Origin: Rhina ancylostomus
Taxonomy: Eukaryota
Assembly: GCA_030265395.1 (NCBI GenBank)
Contig: JARFYF010000063.1
Coordinates: 84,753,294-84,817,293 of the forward strand
Direction: 5' to 3'
Length of the DNA stretch: 64,000 nt
Shown: in pieces, positions 34,701-48,482 of the stretch
Layout: every line of letters begins with the position of its first letter
Numbering within the stretch: position 1 is the stretch's first letter
Notes under the pieces: model-generated
Told to the model about the DNA's origin: nothing
The model's database searches: none
Seen by the model: the letters and a program-made list of their open reading frames with translations, nothing else
Made by a program: the position numbers and the translations under genes

Positions 34701-37700
34701 TTTCCACCCCAGTTTTTAATTATGTCTTAGTATCTTAAAATATTCATAAGATTTTTTTGAAATTATTTGGAAGAAACCCAATAGTTTTTGAATATCCCTG
34801 AGTATTTTGCAAAGTAGTCTCAGTTTTTGATAGAAGGGGAAGCTCTGTTCTACCCTTGCCACTTGCTCGAAACAGTCAGCAGATTTCTAGGGGGAAATCA
34901 CAGTGGTACATTACCCCAGGCCTACTCCTTATTATGGTTGACCAGATGTCTTTAGGTGTAATGGTTTGCCCCAGTTAGGCCTCCACATCTGACCCAGTTA
35001 AGTGTGCATAGCAAATCTGAGCTATGAATCAGATCCAGCTTGATTTGCCCCTTGAACATACCATGGCCCAGAAACCTAGCTGATATTTCACTTCCATGTT
35101 CAGTCTTCCAACTTAAGGTCATTAATGCTCATTGTGCATTCCATGTATATGCTTTAAAGGTTATTGGGTCATGCACCAGGAATTAATACTGAATGAAGAA
35201 ATTTGCAGTTGCCAAATTTTGGGTGCAACGGGAATAAAACAGCCACATTATGCGCTCAACCAAGAATGCTGAGGTGATCCAAAACTGGGCTTCGGATCTC
35301 AGATAAGTCAAAAGTTAACTGTATGTCACTCAATTACAAGCATTTTGTCGTCCTACGGATAGGAATTTAGGGTCTTTAGACTCGCTAGCAGTGGCCTCGG
35401 ATACGTGTATGCATTTTTTTCTAGCTCAATATCAAAACCTAAAATGTTTTTTGCTTACTTTACTAGTGGTATACACTTACTGGTCTGAATCCATGTGAGT
35501 ATAAGCTGAGTGGAGAAGGCATCTGATAGCCTATCTTGCTGAAAGGACTTAAAGCTGGTGTTACTCTCTTATTAGCCTTTCTGTATATGTTAATGTCTGT
35601 TTTATGTGGCTTCCTCGCCTCCCAGGTGTTGTTAGGCTGCAAAATTGTGCCTGTGTTACCACTAAAATGAGCATATGGGCACAGCCAGGTCTAATTTCTG
35701 GAACTAGGATTTCTATGTACAAGTGTTGTACCGAATAATGCATTGGGCCATCAGTGGGCATTCAACAGCACTGCAAACCAAATACTGATCCATTCTGGAA
35801 GATTCAGCATCACCTCTGATTTTAAAAAAAATCAATGTTAAAGTTGATGGCAAAATGCAGTCTCTAGTCCAGCATCTATGGGACTTGACTGGTGCTGAAC
35901 CACAGAAAATCTGGACCATGGGAATTGCCCCCGATCAGTTTCCTCTGAGCAGGGAACTGTTCTTTTTTAGTACAGACACTTCCCAGGTCATGTAAGGGTT
36001 CCGAGAACTGTCGGTAACCCAAAGTTTCCGTAAGTCGGAAATGCTGTCGGCTGAGATTGCAAATATTGTACTGGTAGGTTAATTAGCTGCAGATTAGTAC
36101 AAATCTTAGTTACTTTTAGATCTTAGTTAGAATTAATTAATTAGTATATTACAGATTCAAAACATGCTGGACCACCAGAGTTGCCGGGTCACAGAATGCT
36201 GGACAAGAGTTTCAACCTGTACTAAAAATTTCGATGTTGGAACAGTATCTAGCATGTCTGTTTCTGAACAGCTTTTATTAGAGGAATTCCCAGTCATGAG
36301 TTCATTGCAATTTGTAATTTTATGCAGAACACTATTTATATATAATTTGTGTACATTTTCCTGCATTGGTATTTGAATGGGAATGCTTTTTAATGGAAAT
36401 TGGTGAAACTTGGGCTAAAATCTGAGGTCATTTAAATGATTGAAATGCAAAGTTATTATTTGCAGATGGACAGCTTTGTAACATAAAACATTTTCATATC
36501 CACATATGCTTCTCATTCTGAAGGGAGATTAAAAACAGGAGCAAGACCGATAGCGCAGGCCTACGTCAGCAATCTAGTTGTTACTATGCCATTTTCAAAA
36601 TTTCAATTAAAGGATGCCAACCAACAATACCCAGGACACTTTTTATCCATGGCAAAGAGCCACGGACGTGCAGCATTGGGAGTGATTAGAGTGGTAATCT
36701 CTCCAGATGTCCACAAGCTATTTGAGGTGGTTTATCAAAGCACATCTGCTTTATTTCTCGAATAACTTAATATCTGACTGCACGAACACCATCCAAGTAA
36801 CAGGGTTTAATTTTCAGCCACCAGTTCGTTGCAAGCAATTTGGATACCTGTCCTGTTTTGCACCACCTTGTTCTTGCTTATGTAAGATTTTCAGTATCCT
36901 AAGGTTGAAACATGTTTTTGTTCATGATATTATTTAGGTTAATGCTGAATACACAACTAATAGTTTTAAATCTTGCATGCTAAGTTATATGACTTTGATT
37001 GAAAAATTGTAAAATATTTATGTATCTGCTGATTTTTTTTCTAGTTTCAGCTAAGATGTTTACAGAAAAACACGCCTCCTAAAGTCTGATACATAGTTCC
37101 GAGAAAATATCACTAGTGTTCATGGTAGAGTTATGCAGGTGCCAGATTCTGCTGGGACAAGAACACCTGCCAGGCTGCTCCAGATAACTCAGCAGCTTTA
37201 AGGCATTTTCCCAGGCTCCCAGATGAATGGTCACTAATAGCCGTGGGAGAGGGCTTCCAGTGTCGCATAGTGTACCACATTCTCCACTTGGCAGTGTTAT
37301 GTAGCTGAAGTCTGCTTGGCTGTGATTGCAATTTTTTTTAAGAAGTACTGTAGAAATATGTAGCCATGGTTTTTACTTTTCATCTTGAACAATTCTTAAA
37401 TTCAATAAGCTAAACACAATGATCTAATTTTAAGATGGTAATTTTAAAATGCAAGCAACTGCGTTACCTCCTAAAATGGTGTAACTTGATTACAGTCAGC
37501 ATATCAGATAAGAAAGCTGCTGGAAAAAGGATGAAGGTAGCTGCCAAAAATGACTAAAAGTAATTGCACATCATTCTGCAGTTGGTGAAGTTATTTTGAA
37601 AGTTTACAGGACTTGAAATGCTCAGACTTTCTTGACCACTTCCCACATTCAAGTGGAGACATGTAACTATGCTATCTCCTGGGAAATAAAGACATTCACT

Positions 37701-40531
37701 GAAAATATTATTTCCAAATCCCAGTGTGGTCAGCATTCAAGATCTATTGGTTAGAGCTGTTCTTCATAATTATATTCAGAAGCTTATCGTTCTTGTGCTT
37801 TCCTGGCTTATTAGTGTAACAAATGATACTAACAGTTTACAGAGTCCTATTTACCATTGAATAGTGAACTTTATAGTTTCTTTCTTAACAAATTGGAAAC
37901 AGCTTTTCGTGTTGCACATTGTTGAGCTTGTTAACATGACTGCCTTGAAAGATGATGTGCCATATTAATAATAAAATTTAAAATTTCTTTCCTGAAACTA
38001 CAATTGCAGGTGTATCTTGTTCCTGCTATGATTTTAGTTTTGAAATATTTTTCTTTATTACCCTGGCAATTTTCTAAAATATCTTTTGAGGTAACAACAT
38101 TTGGTTTGTAGGGACTCTTGTGGGAATTGATCTATAAGTCTTATGGCCAAAAGGCATTGATTACCTATTGAGGAAAATGTCTCATTGGTTGGTATGGATT
38201 CAAATTGAAATGAGTGATTGGTGAAAGCTTTTTAAATTTTTCTCTCAGAGTGCTTTTGAAGAAGATGAGGTTCGAAGAATCCCTAGGGGCACTACCTCCT
38301 TAAATCTCCAAGTTTCTCACATGAATGAGTCTCTCAGGGGAGCAGCTATAAAATCAGCTACAATAGCTTAACTTCTCCCTTACAGCAGACCAACTTGACA
38401 ACGTGGCTAGACTTAATTCTGTTTACTTCTCTCAGTGGGATCAGTGTTGACTGCCATTATACCCTCCAGACTGGAGAGGTTATTAAAGGCTCTGGCCGAG
38501 AAGTTCGGACATGTAACTTTGTTTTATATTTCAACACTATATGCGTGAACATTTTTTTTGCTCAAGTGGAATCTGATTGTGACTATTTTAGATCACGTCG
38601 AGCCACTCCACAGGCACTTATGGTTGAGATTCATACCTTCATATCTTATGTGAACCCTGTCAAATACTCATTAAATGATGTTATTTGCCATTGAACAACT
38701 TTTTTTATCGGATATGTATTTGGCATGACAGTTGCTTCTTGTTTGTATTGCCAATCCTTTTCTCTCTTGCCTGGTTTTATCTTTTTATATGTTGACTGAG
38801 ACAAGTTCTTAAATGTTAATTTTTGCAGGTAAGTGATCCACTTCATTTTGGTATACCTGTGGGACCCTTCTGTTTTCTGTTGATTATTGTTTTAGGAACC
38901 CATTTAGGTACAGGAGAATGTTTCAATGTAGCAAAATCTATTTCAAGTAATAGAATAATTGTATATCTTTTTAAAAGTATGGTTTGTTTCTGTACAAAAC
39001 ACTAAAAACCTTGGGGTCGAATTCATGGTAAGGGATGAGTTGCCCCCACTTGTTGCTGACATATAAATAAGTTTGAACTTAGTTGGGGCAATCCAGACAA
39101 CCACAATTCCATGGGGAGCTGGCTGGATCCTTTGCAGTGAGGCCCTATGTATTATAAGAGTCTTCCCTGTCATGGAATCATGTGGTGGGGGAGAGATAGA
39201 AGAAGCCCCACTTATAAAAGTGATAGGTTTCAGCTGACTAAGCTGTGCCTTCTAATTTAGCTGGCACTGCCAAAGTAGTTAAACACCAACTATTTCTGAA
39301 TGTTTTAGACATTCAGAAATATTCAGGTATTCAAAAGTCTTATCATTTGAAATAAAACTTAATTTGTATCCTTTTTGTGAATAAAACAAAATACCAATCT
39401 TTTTAAGTGTTTTTGTTCCTTTTAAATCCCTCATAGTTGTTCCTCTCCAGTGGCGAAACACTCCCAACAGGATGTTCATTTTTTTTAATGCATAGGGAAA
39501 TTTCATATTCAAGTCCAGTAAAATGCCTTGCACCATTCAGTGGATCTAATCATATGCATACAAAGATCTTTGATGTGCTGCAGGTGTTGAATTAAGACAA
39601 TATCAAATGTAGCTATTGCAATGCCTTTCCCCTTGTTGGATTAATACATTATTTTGCACAATGTACTACTATGACAATTAGTAACAGAATATTAGAATCT
39701 CATCTTGTAGTTGTGTGTCACAAGAATGGGGAAATAAAAGGTTTTCTGTCTTCTGTTTGTGCTAAATGGAACATTAGTGGCAACAGTATTGGAATATGGC
39801 ATGTTGTCCCTATGTCCTTTGATAAAGGAAAGTACATTAGGGTAAAGGGGGACTCAATTTCTGAAAGAAGGAGTTCCTGTGCCATTTGATAGAGGAGAAT
39901 TTGATAAAGGATGCATACTATCATGACTCCCTCCTCCTGTCAAGGAACAAACTTTTTTAATGTGTGAATTAGGATGACTTGCACCATCTATCACAATGCC
40001 CCAACCCCACCACCCCCACTGACATCACTGTAGGCAAGGAAAGTGAACCTCAAGCCAGAAGTTCTGCCACTTGTACTGATTGTGTCTGCAAAAACCATGC
40101 CTCACTGAAACAGTGTTGCATTCCAGACCCATGCAGAAATAGGGGTCTAATGCCTATTTCTTGATGAGACCAATCAATTTTCATGGAATGGTGCAAGGGG
40201 AAATAGTTAAAAATCCATCAGCCAACTTTTTTGTTGGAACGCTATGGTGTCATTCTGATATTCCTGTTGAGTAGATGTTTGGGGCGACGTAATATTGCAA
40301 GGGTGGCTGTACCCTTTGTAATGAACCCACCCTTAGGAATGCAAACACAATTAGCAGACTGCTACCACAAGTTTTGCATGACCATCATTCAGGCAGGATT
40401 TCACAATTTAGCAATGTAGCAGACAATTCTATGACATGAGAAGTAGGTGATCCAGAAACATATAATATGCATGTGATGATTTGTTTAAATCAATTTTTAT
40501 GATACACTAATTTACATAATTTATTTTGTAG

Positions 40532-40609
40532 GTCAAAATTTCCATCTTGCAGCTTACTTCATGAAGAGGCATGCAAACTTGAGATGTGTCACAAACCAGC
40601 AATTTTGTG
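40532..40609 (+). CDS. SLX4IP: SLX4IP coding exon: (G)QNFHLAAYFMKRHANLRCVTNQQFC(G)
   Basis: ttttgtag acceptor, G|GTATGT donor; 78 nt, phase 1-1; resembles human [20 protein letters not shown]. Confidence 0.95.
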
Positions 40610-41052
40610 GTATGTACACATTTGGGAATGGTTAAAAGCTAAATCACATCCTAAACCAGAAAATACTTATTACTTATATGCTTTTACCTTTAAGTCAATG
40701 AATAGATTGAAAATGCTAGTTATATTTGCAAATATAGTTTTTGTTAACCATACTTTAGACATTGTTTTACTGAATATATTGAATTTATTTCATGTAATAT
40801 TTATATTTTCCTTATACTTTTGGCATAATGGAANNNNNNNNNNNNNNNNNNNNNNNNNNNNNNNNNNNNNNNNNNNNNNNNNNNNNNNNNNNNNNNNNNN
40901 NNNNNNNNNNNNNNNNNNNNNNNNNNNNNNNNNNNNNNNNNNNNNNNNNNNNNNNNNNNNNNNNNNNNNNNNNNNNNNNNNNNNNNNNNNNNNNNNNNNN
41001 NNNNNNNNNNNNNNNNNNNNNNNNNNNNNNNNNNNNNNNNNNNNNNNNNNNN

Positions 41053-41138
41053 TGAATTGACCTGTACGATCGGTATGCAAGACAAGTTTTTCACTGTACC
41101 TTGGTACAAGTGACAATAATATACCAATATCAATACCA
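41053..41138 (+). mobile_element. Rex1/Babar-like LINE 3' tail
   Basis: gcaagacaagtttttcactgtaccttggtacaagtgacaataatataccaatatcaatacca; near-identical tail at 46308-46363; upstream part lies in a gap. Confidence 0.6.
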
Positions 41139-41179
41139 AATTTTCTTCACTACAAAAACTGATGCCGTGTTACCAGTAA

Positions 41180-41760
41180 AACAAAACAGAAAATGCTGGA
41201 AGCAGCTCAGGGAGCATCTGTAGGAAGAGAAACTTAGTTAATGTTTTAGGTCAAAGACCCTTCAACAGAACTGGAAAAGAAAGGAAAACAAATTAATTTT
41301 AAGTTGCAGAGATGAGGAGTGTAGGGTTGAACAAGATGGGGAAAATATAAAATGAGATTATGTTTGCATTGTGGATAAGCTATTGATGAATTAATTATGC
41401 AATGGATTAATGAGGGCAATGAGAGAGAGAGAACACAAACCAAGAAGCTTAAAATCTGTGAGGTGATGCCAGTCAAAGAGAAAAAGGAATGTAAAAGCTG
41501 CAAAATGCAAAGCTGTAAGGAATGCTACGTAGATCGGGCTGTGCTAATGGAGGATGAAGGCTGAACCAATATTACAGGGGATGACTACGACGGAACTGGC
41601 CAATTTTGATAGAGGGTGCGAGTTATTTGAAGCTATTGGGTTCAATATTGAGTCCAGAAGGATGCAACTTGCCCAGATAGAAGATCGGGTGCTGTTCCTC
41701 GAGCTTGCATTGGGTCTCGTTATTACAGTGCAGTACAAAAGGATAGGTCAGAATGGATAG
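41180..41760 (-). mobile_element. PLE 3' remnant
   Basis: aaaacagaaaatgctggaagc...ttttaggtcaaagacccttcaacagaac (antisense hammerhead-like core), followed by ttcaatattgagtccagaaggatgcaac...tgttcctcgagcttgcattggg. Confidence 0.65.
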
Positions 41761-44700
41761 CCTGCTAAACTGAGGAGGATCTGTTTATCCTTGCTCTTTG
41801 GTTTGAGGCCAATAACCAATTCTAATTCATTTCAGTATATTATCCCCCAATTCCGTGTGCTCTAACCTTGTTCACTGACCCTCGTTGACATCTAAATATT
41901 CCCCCTTATCTATTCTACTTGTGATATCTTCAAAAAATTGCAACAGATTACTCGTACGTGATTTTTTTCCCCTTCATATTTCCACATTGACTCTGCTCTA
42001 TCCAATTACTATTTTCCAGATATTCTATAATGAAGGATGTGCTAAAAGATTCCAGCCTTTTCCCTACCACTGATATCAGACCATAGTTCTTCATTTTGTC
42101 TCACCTTCTTTCTTAAATAGTTTGCATGGAAAATAAAAAGAAATGTGGATAGGTGCAGGACAATGGAGAAATGGGCCCAGGTCTAACAATTATTTTTCAG
42201 AATAGTTAAATGCATTGAGAAGCTTTTGGACTATGGTAATTCCAAAAATAATCATATTAGAGCACAGTCAGAAGGACTGAGCAGGAAAAGGACTTGGAAG
42301 TTGAGGTTCATAAATAATTGCAAGTCTATGATTATAGCAGGTTTGTTGCAAAAGTGAGTATAATTGTGAGGGTATATACAACTAGATAGGATATATCAGG
42401 GCAACTAGACACTAAACTAAATGTACAATCCATTACATTTATGAGGCTTAAATGCTTCAGAATGCTGTGTCTAGTTTTGGATCATTCTCCAAGTGAAAGA
42501 TAACAAAGTGCTGGAAATGGTTCAGGAGAGGATCATTCAGTCAATACCTCGTGTTACAACAGTGCTAGTAAATGGGTGTATTACTTGTGGGGAATAGATG
42601 TAAAATAATGAAGGAATTTGATTCCATCTACATTGAACAAGTTGAGTTTTAAAGGCAAAGAATGCCCAGGGAATAAAGCTTATAGATTTAGCATTGATGT
42701 TGGAAGTAGTTCCTTTTTGCAGATTTGAGCTAGTTATGTGCTCTGTTCTTTGCAGTTGAGATGTTGTTCTAATCCAGTATGCCGTTTTCACAAGGCCCCT
42801 TATGTTTAAATCTTTTTAAAAGGAAATGTCTGAGAAATAATCCATTGTGATTACCATCAATACATACTGAAAAGGATTTCATAATTAAACCACATTTAGA
42901 GAATATATAAGGATTAATGGTCAAATTAGTTCATAAATTAACTTTGTCTTGTATTAACATCAAATTGCTAGTTAAAAGTATACCTGCTTCTGTATTTCTC
43001 TCTGCATTTAATAGCTGGGTACCTACTGTGTTCATATGACATCACTCTGGCCTCTATTTTAGAGAAGCTCATTTAAGAAAATTGAGGCAGTGACTATATT
43101 AAAATAATTGAGGAATATTTCCTTTATTGATGTCAGAAATTCTGTTAGTTTAACTTGAGTTAAAGATGAAAAGGGGGCAAAGTTTATTCTATTGAAATTT
43201 GCTGAACATTCACAGATACTCAAATATGGGTAAAATAATGGTACACCCACAAAGCTACAGCAAAAGAGAACCAGATCAATTTTCTATTGATTTGCTTTTA
43301 TTTATTTATGAAAATCCAAAAGTTTGCAAGTGCTGGACACCTGAAACACTTAGTAAATCAGACAGCGACTGTGAAAAGAGAAACAGGGCGAACTTTTCAG
43401 GCAAACATCCTATGTCAGAATTAGATTTGATTTGATGTTTGTTTTTCTGTGGCATTACTATATGTGATACAGGCCTAAACAAGTGTATTCCTGGTTTGTG
43501 ATACACATTTTTCTGTAAAAACGAGTGTTATCTCATTTATCTTATCTAGCTAACCTAAAGAACTGAATTTTGATATAAAGACTAACTAGATGGACAACTT
43601 ATAAAACTTTATCTGATCTACTCACCCAATAACAATCATGTTTAAATGACCTTCAGTGGTTAAATACCTTATAAACAGGGTGCTATATCTGAACTTTATT
43701 TGTGACACTTTTATCAAAGTGAATACCTGAGAACAATTTAGATGATATTTTATAATGTGCCAGAATGAAAATATGCTGTCATGCTGTAATACCTAACAGA
43801 CGGTTAGCTGGTAATAATCTGTTGTCAAGTTATTAATCAAATAACATTGCACGCCATATTGAAGTAATATCAAAAAAATAAAAATGATCAATCTGAATTT
43901 TTTAAAATATAAAAATAGATGTATTTAATTTGAACATCAATTGTAACTGGTGTTCATGTCTTTTGACTTTTTGAAGGAAGATTTTTTTATCAACCTTCCT
44001 ATTAATTTACAAAACAATTTTTTTTTTGTTAATTTTGTTAATTGTCTCTTTCTTGTGATGGGTATTGAGTTGGTAATGTGGTCAATATCCAATTAAGATG
44101 TAATTTTTATTAGGTTCTCCTTTTCTTAGAACTTAATTATACCTGTAGAAAATCTTTCTATTACCTTTTTTCTGTTTTATTTTTCTTATGTATGTTCATT
44201 TAATTTATTTAGTTTCCTTTTTATAATTTTTCTATGTATTTATTTGTCCTGACTCTTGATTTAAGTATTTGCTCCATATCTCCTTTTAAATTTCATATTT
44301 GAAGGAATCATTTATTCATGGAACCCCAGGCTTCCATTCATTCTCCTATTACCTCTTTCTTAAGTTGTACCTTTCCTGACTGCTTTCTTAAATACACCTC
44401 ATTGCTGACCTGAAATTTTATTTGCCAAGGTGTACTTTCATGTAATATGAGTAAGATCCTTTGTTCGTTTTACTAAAATTTGCTTTCTTTTACTCAAAAG
44501 CCACTGAGAAGCCATCTAAATTCTGCTCACTGGTTCTCAAATGTACTTTTAGGCCAACTGCTTGCTCCATTTAATTAGCCAGATCAGATCAAGGAGTGCC
44601 TCCATCCTTGTTGGGGTAGCAGCATATTGATTGAGATTACAGTTCCAAGCACACTGTGCAGAACTTATTTTATGTAACTGCAACATTTCCTCCTGACATC

Positions 44701-45469
44701 CACTTTCGAAAAATTGGATCCAAATTTTACCTTATTATTGAACTTCGCATTATCAATTTGCGTCAAAGGCAGTTAAAGCAGTGCCAAAAGCCATTCTTCC
44801 ACCTTGTGCTTATCTTAAGAGAGTCGCAAGTAGACTGCTGCAGTTCAGCTTGCTACTGCAGAAGAAAAATTCATTCTTTTACCAGTTGCTGTCTGGGAGT
44901 CTTGAGCCAAGAATCTGAATTTAGTTGGGTCTGTTCTAACTCTAAGCAAGCAGGCCATCCTCCTCCTCTTGAACTGCTCGATCAGACTCCCACAGTGTGT
45001 GAAATATAGTGAATGAACAAGAAATTAAGATTACTTATCATTAGGGGGCTTCCTCATTCTACAATCTATCTTTTGCATTCCATGATGCTTGTTCTCTAAC
45101 CACTTTGGAATTAATGGTATATATTTGTATAGTGTTGTATTGTCAGCCTTCTGTGGGAATTATTTCACAAGCACATTTATAGAGCAAAATCAGAGGCTTC
45201 ATTAGTATTTAAGATATCTTAATCAGATTTAAAACAAAACACTTTTTCCTTCTCCATGAAATTAGCATTTTGATCGAAAGAATTCCTATGGATAAATTAA
45301 ACCATCTTCTGTATTGGAATGAACCTTCAGGTATATTCTGACAATGTGTGGGGTGAAGAGGAAGGGCTATTATGTGGAAATCTAAAGATGTGGAAATGTT
45401 ATGAAATTCCCATCAAATATGCAGCTTTACTGAGAAAATCTGTTGATGCTGAATAATCAATGTAGTTGT

Positions 45470-45880
45470 AGTTCTATAACAGCAACTTGCAATTGCTTAG
45501 CAGTTTTAACTGGATTGTTGTCAAATAAAATTTGATGCCAAATTATTAAACACAAGTATTGGGAGAAATGAATAATCAAACCAGATGAATTTAAGGTTTG
45601 TCTTAAAGGAATAGAGAGCAAGAGAAGTTTTAGAAGTGAATTACAGAACTTAGAGGTGAGGCAAATGAAGGTGCCCTTTTCAGTGTTTGAACAGTAAAAA
45701 GTAGTGCACAAGACCAATATTGGAGGAATGGAGAGATCTTTGGAAAGAGATAAGGGTTGCTGGGAAATGGTAAGAAGTGCAGCATAGTGAAATGTGTGGT
45801 GGTTGGTGTCATAGGGATGAAGGAAGTTACAGGAATGGAGAGGGCCAAGGTGAGATGTTACGGGAGAGGAAATTAAGAAC
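45470..45880 (-). mobile_element. L2-type LINE 3' end
   Basis: gaatttaaggtttgtcttaaagg...gaagttacaggaatggagagggccaagg; same family as 7125-7920. Confidence 0.5.
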
Positions 45881-46307
45881 TGCATTTATTTTGTGTACCT
45901 CTTACCAATGGCCTAGTACTACAAAGGTTTTTCTCTTTCCTCTTTCTCCCTCTTGATGATCATGATTATGTTCCCGCTCAATTACATTTCTATTTGCCTT
46001 GCATCTGATACTGCCAAGGGTGGCTTTAGGATGGAAAATCATTTTTGTCAAACAAGACCTAGAGAATAGAGTTTGCACACCTTAATTTCAAGATGCTTTT
46101 GAAGATTAACATAAGACACAGTCATAGGTCAAATGGTGGTGCATTGGAGAAGCAGAATTTTGTAAATAGTTGTAAATAAATCCAACTGTGGTCTTTGTTT
46201 ATTAATGACCGTACTATTAGCAATAGGAATCTTTAATGTTGATATGTGTGGTGGATAATTATTATAGCATTATACTTTATTATAGGTAATCTAAATGATT
46301 TGTGAAA

Positions 46308-46363
46308 CAAGACAAGTTTTTCACTGTACCTCAGTACATGTGACAATAATAAACCAATACCAA
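46308..46363 (+). mobile_element. Very short Rex1/Babar-like LINE 3' tail
   Basis: caagacaagtttttcactgtacctcagtacatgtgacaataataaaccaatacc. Confidence 0.6.
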
Positions 46364-46785
46364 ACTCATAATTTTACTTGTTGAATGGTAAAATTATTTG
46401 CTATTTCAAGATACTACAATGTTAAAGTCTCCTTTCTTAAAATATAGTGTTCCCATTGCTGATTTTTAATAGAAATGATTAATTCTACATGTCCTCCCCA
46501 TCTTATGAACGCCTGACTTGCGTACAGCCTGTACGTATGAACAAGCATTTGGGAGACTGGCAGGATAGATTTGCTTGTTGCTGTGGGGCTGCAGGCATCT
46601 TCTGCCTTGTGGGAACTTGGTTCACAGCAGAACTTCTAACTTGCAAATTGTTTGGGTTATAGACAGTTCTCAGGAACAGAATGCTGTCATGACCTAGGGA
46701 GGATGTGTATTGGTAACACCAACACAATTTTGTGCAGAATTTTCATTAAAGCATTAAATGAACAAATTACTCTTTTCCTTTTTAG

Positions 46786-46874
46786 GACTTACCATATTCC
46801 CTGATCGTTTTGTGGTATGTTTGACACCCTGTGAAACTGGTCCAAAGAAAACAATGGCTGAGGAACAAATTATT
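46786..46874 (+). CDS. SLX4IP: SLX4IP coding exon: (G)LTIFPDRFVVCLTPCETGPKKTMAEEQII
   Basis: tcttttcctttttag acceptor, ATT|GTATGT donor; 89 nt, phase 1-0; carries the conserved FPDRFVVC motif. Confidence 0.95.
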
Positions 46875-47774
46875 GTATGTATCTTTGTAATTCTATCAGT
46901 TGATATATGACAAAACCCATCATGAATATGTTTTGTAAAACTTCATAATATTTAGTCACATCTACCATCACCAACTAGGATTTTTAATATATTGTATTCC
47001 TGGTAATAAAGTCTAATATTATAACAAGTACAGAGTAACAAAGAATTTTCCAAAAGCTCTGATCCCATATGGCATTTGCTTCCAGGGTTTGAAGGTGGCA
47101 GCTCGGTATGAAGATAGAACTAACACAGCAGTGTTTTCTGTGCTCCCACCCAGCAAGATTTCAAACTGGAAGGAATTGCATAAAATTTCTTTTTTGAATG
47201 TACCCTATTCTTTACATTAATTAAATTAACACTAGAAACTAGGTGTCATAATTTATTTAAAATCTGGGTTTAAAGGAACATAAGTACTATTCCAGGAATT
47301 TTTTGTTTCTGATTGCTTTTTTGTCTTAAATTGCATCTATGTAGAAACGTGTTTTTGTATCCTGTTTAGCAGTTTATGGCAAATCAGAGGACATGTGGGG
47401 ATGATGTTAGCAGCAATTAACAATAATGCAGTAAAAAACTGAAATGCTTAAAAACTAATTGTTGATGCTCTTTTTTCTATCTGCAACATCAAATACGGAA
47501 GTTATGACCTGTGTGTTTTGAAGGCAAAAGAATGTTTAGTCGTGAATAGAAGCAGCTGTCTCTATTTATTTATGACATATGTAAAGCCTAATACATAAGC
47601 TCTTTAACCCTCCTTCCCTAATGTATGTGGAAGTGCATACTGAAGAAAGGTCATCAAGTATAAAAGTAACTTCCTTGCTATTTGTAAATTCAGGGATTAT
47701 ACCAAGATTTTTTAAAATCTGGTTTTACACAATTGCAAGTATCATAGTAGAAATTTATCAGTTACAAATATATA

Positions 47775-48482
47775 AGATCGTAAGAAATAGAAGCAGGAGT
47801 AGGCCATTCACTCCCCTGCACCTGCTCTACTGTTCAACAAGATCTTGGCTGATCTTTTACTCCAGGACTACTTTCCTTCACTAACCCCATATTCCTTAAT
47901 TTCCTTAATATCCAAAATCTATCGATCTCTGTCTTAAATGTATTGAGTGAACATCCACGGCTCAGTAGCTAATTCCAAAGATTCACTAGCCTCTGTGTGA
48001 AGAAATTTCTTCTCATCTCTATCCTGAATGACTTCTTATTTTGAGACTTGAGCCCTGGTTCTAGGTAACCCAGCCAGGGTAGACATTGGTCCTGCATCCA
48101 TCCTGTCAAACCCCATAAGAATTTTGTACCTTGTAAAGAAGTATATAAAGTTATAAGAGGTATAGCTAGGGTGTAATCAGAATCTTTTCCCCAGGGGTTT
48201 AAGAAAACAAGATGATATAGGTCTACGATGAGTTTAAAAGGGGATTTGAGGGGAAGGTCTTTACACAGAGGGTGGTTGATTTCTGGAACTTGCTGCCAGA
48301 GGAGGTGATGGAGTCAGATGCAGTCACCATGTTTAAGAGATATTTAGACAGGCACTCAGATAAGCAAGGCTGTAAGGATATGGGCCTAATACAGGCAAAT
48401 GGGATTAGTGTCGATGGGCAAAAAATTCAGCATGGATGTTGTGGGCCAAAGGGCCTGTTTCTATGCTGTACAACTCTGACTT
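47775..48482. mobile_element. Two back-to-back CR1 3' fragments (47775-48130 on -, 48140-48482 on +)
   Basis: agaaatagaagcaggagtaggccattc... (antisense 3' end) and ...gtgggccaaagggcctgtttctatgctgtacaactct (sense 3' end). Confidence 0.8.

Noticed and set aside
35971-36221. Tigger/mariner-like MITE (TA-CAG...CTG-TA)
   Set aside because: The left end resembles a Tigger TIR but the right end matches too poorly to support a call.
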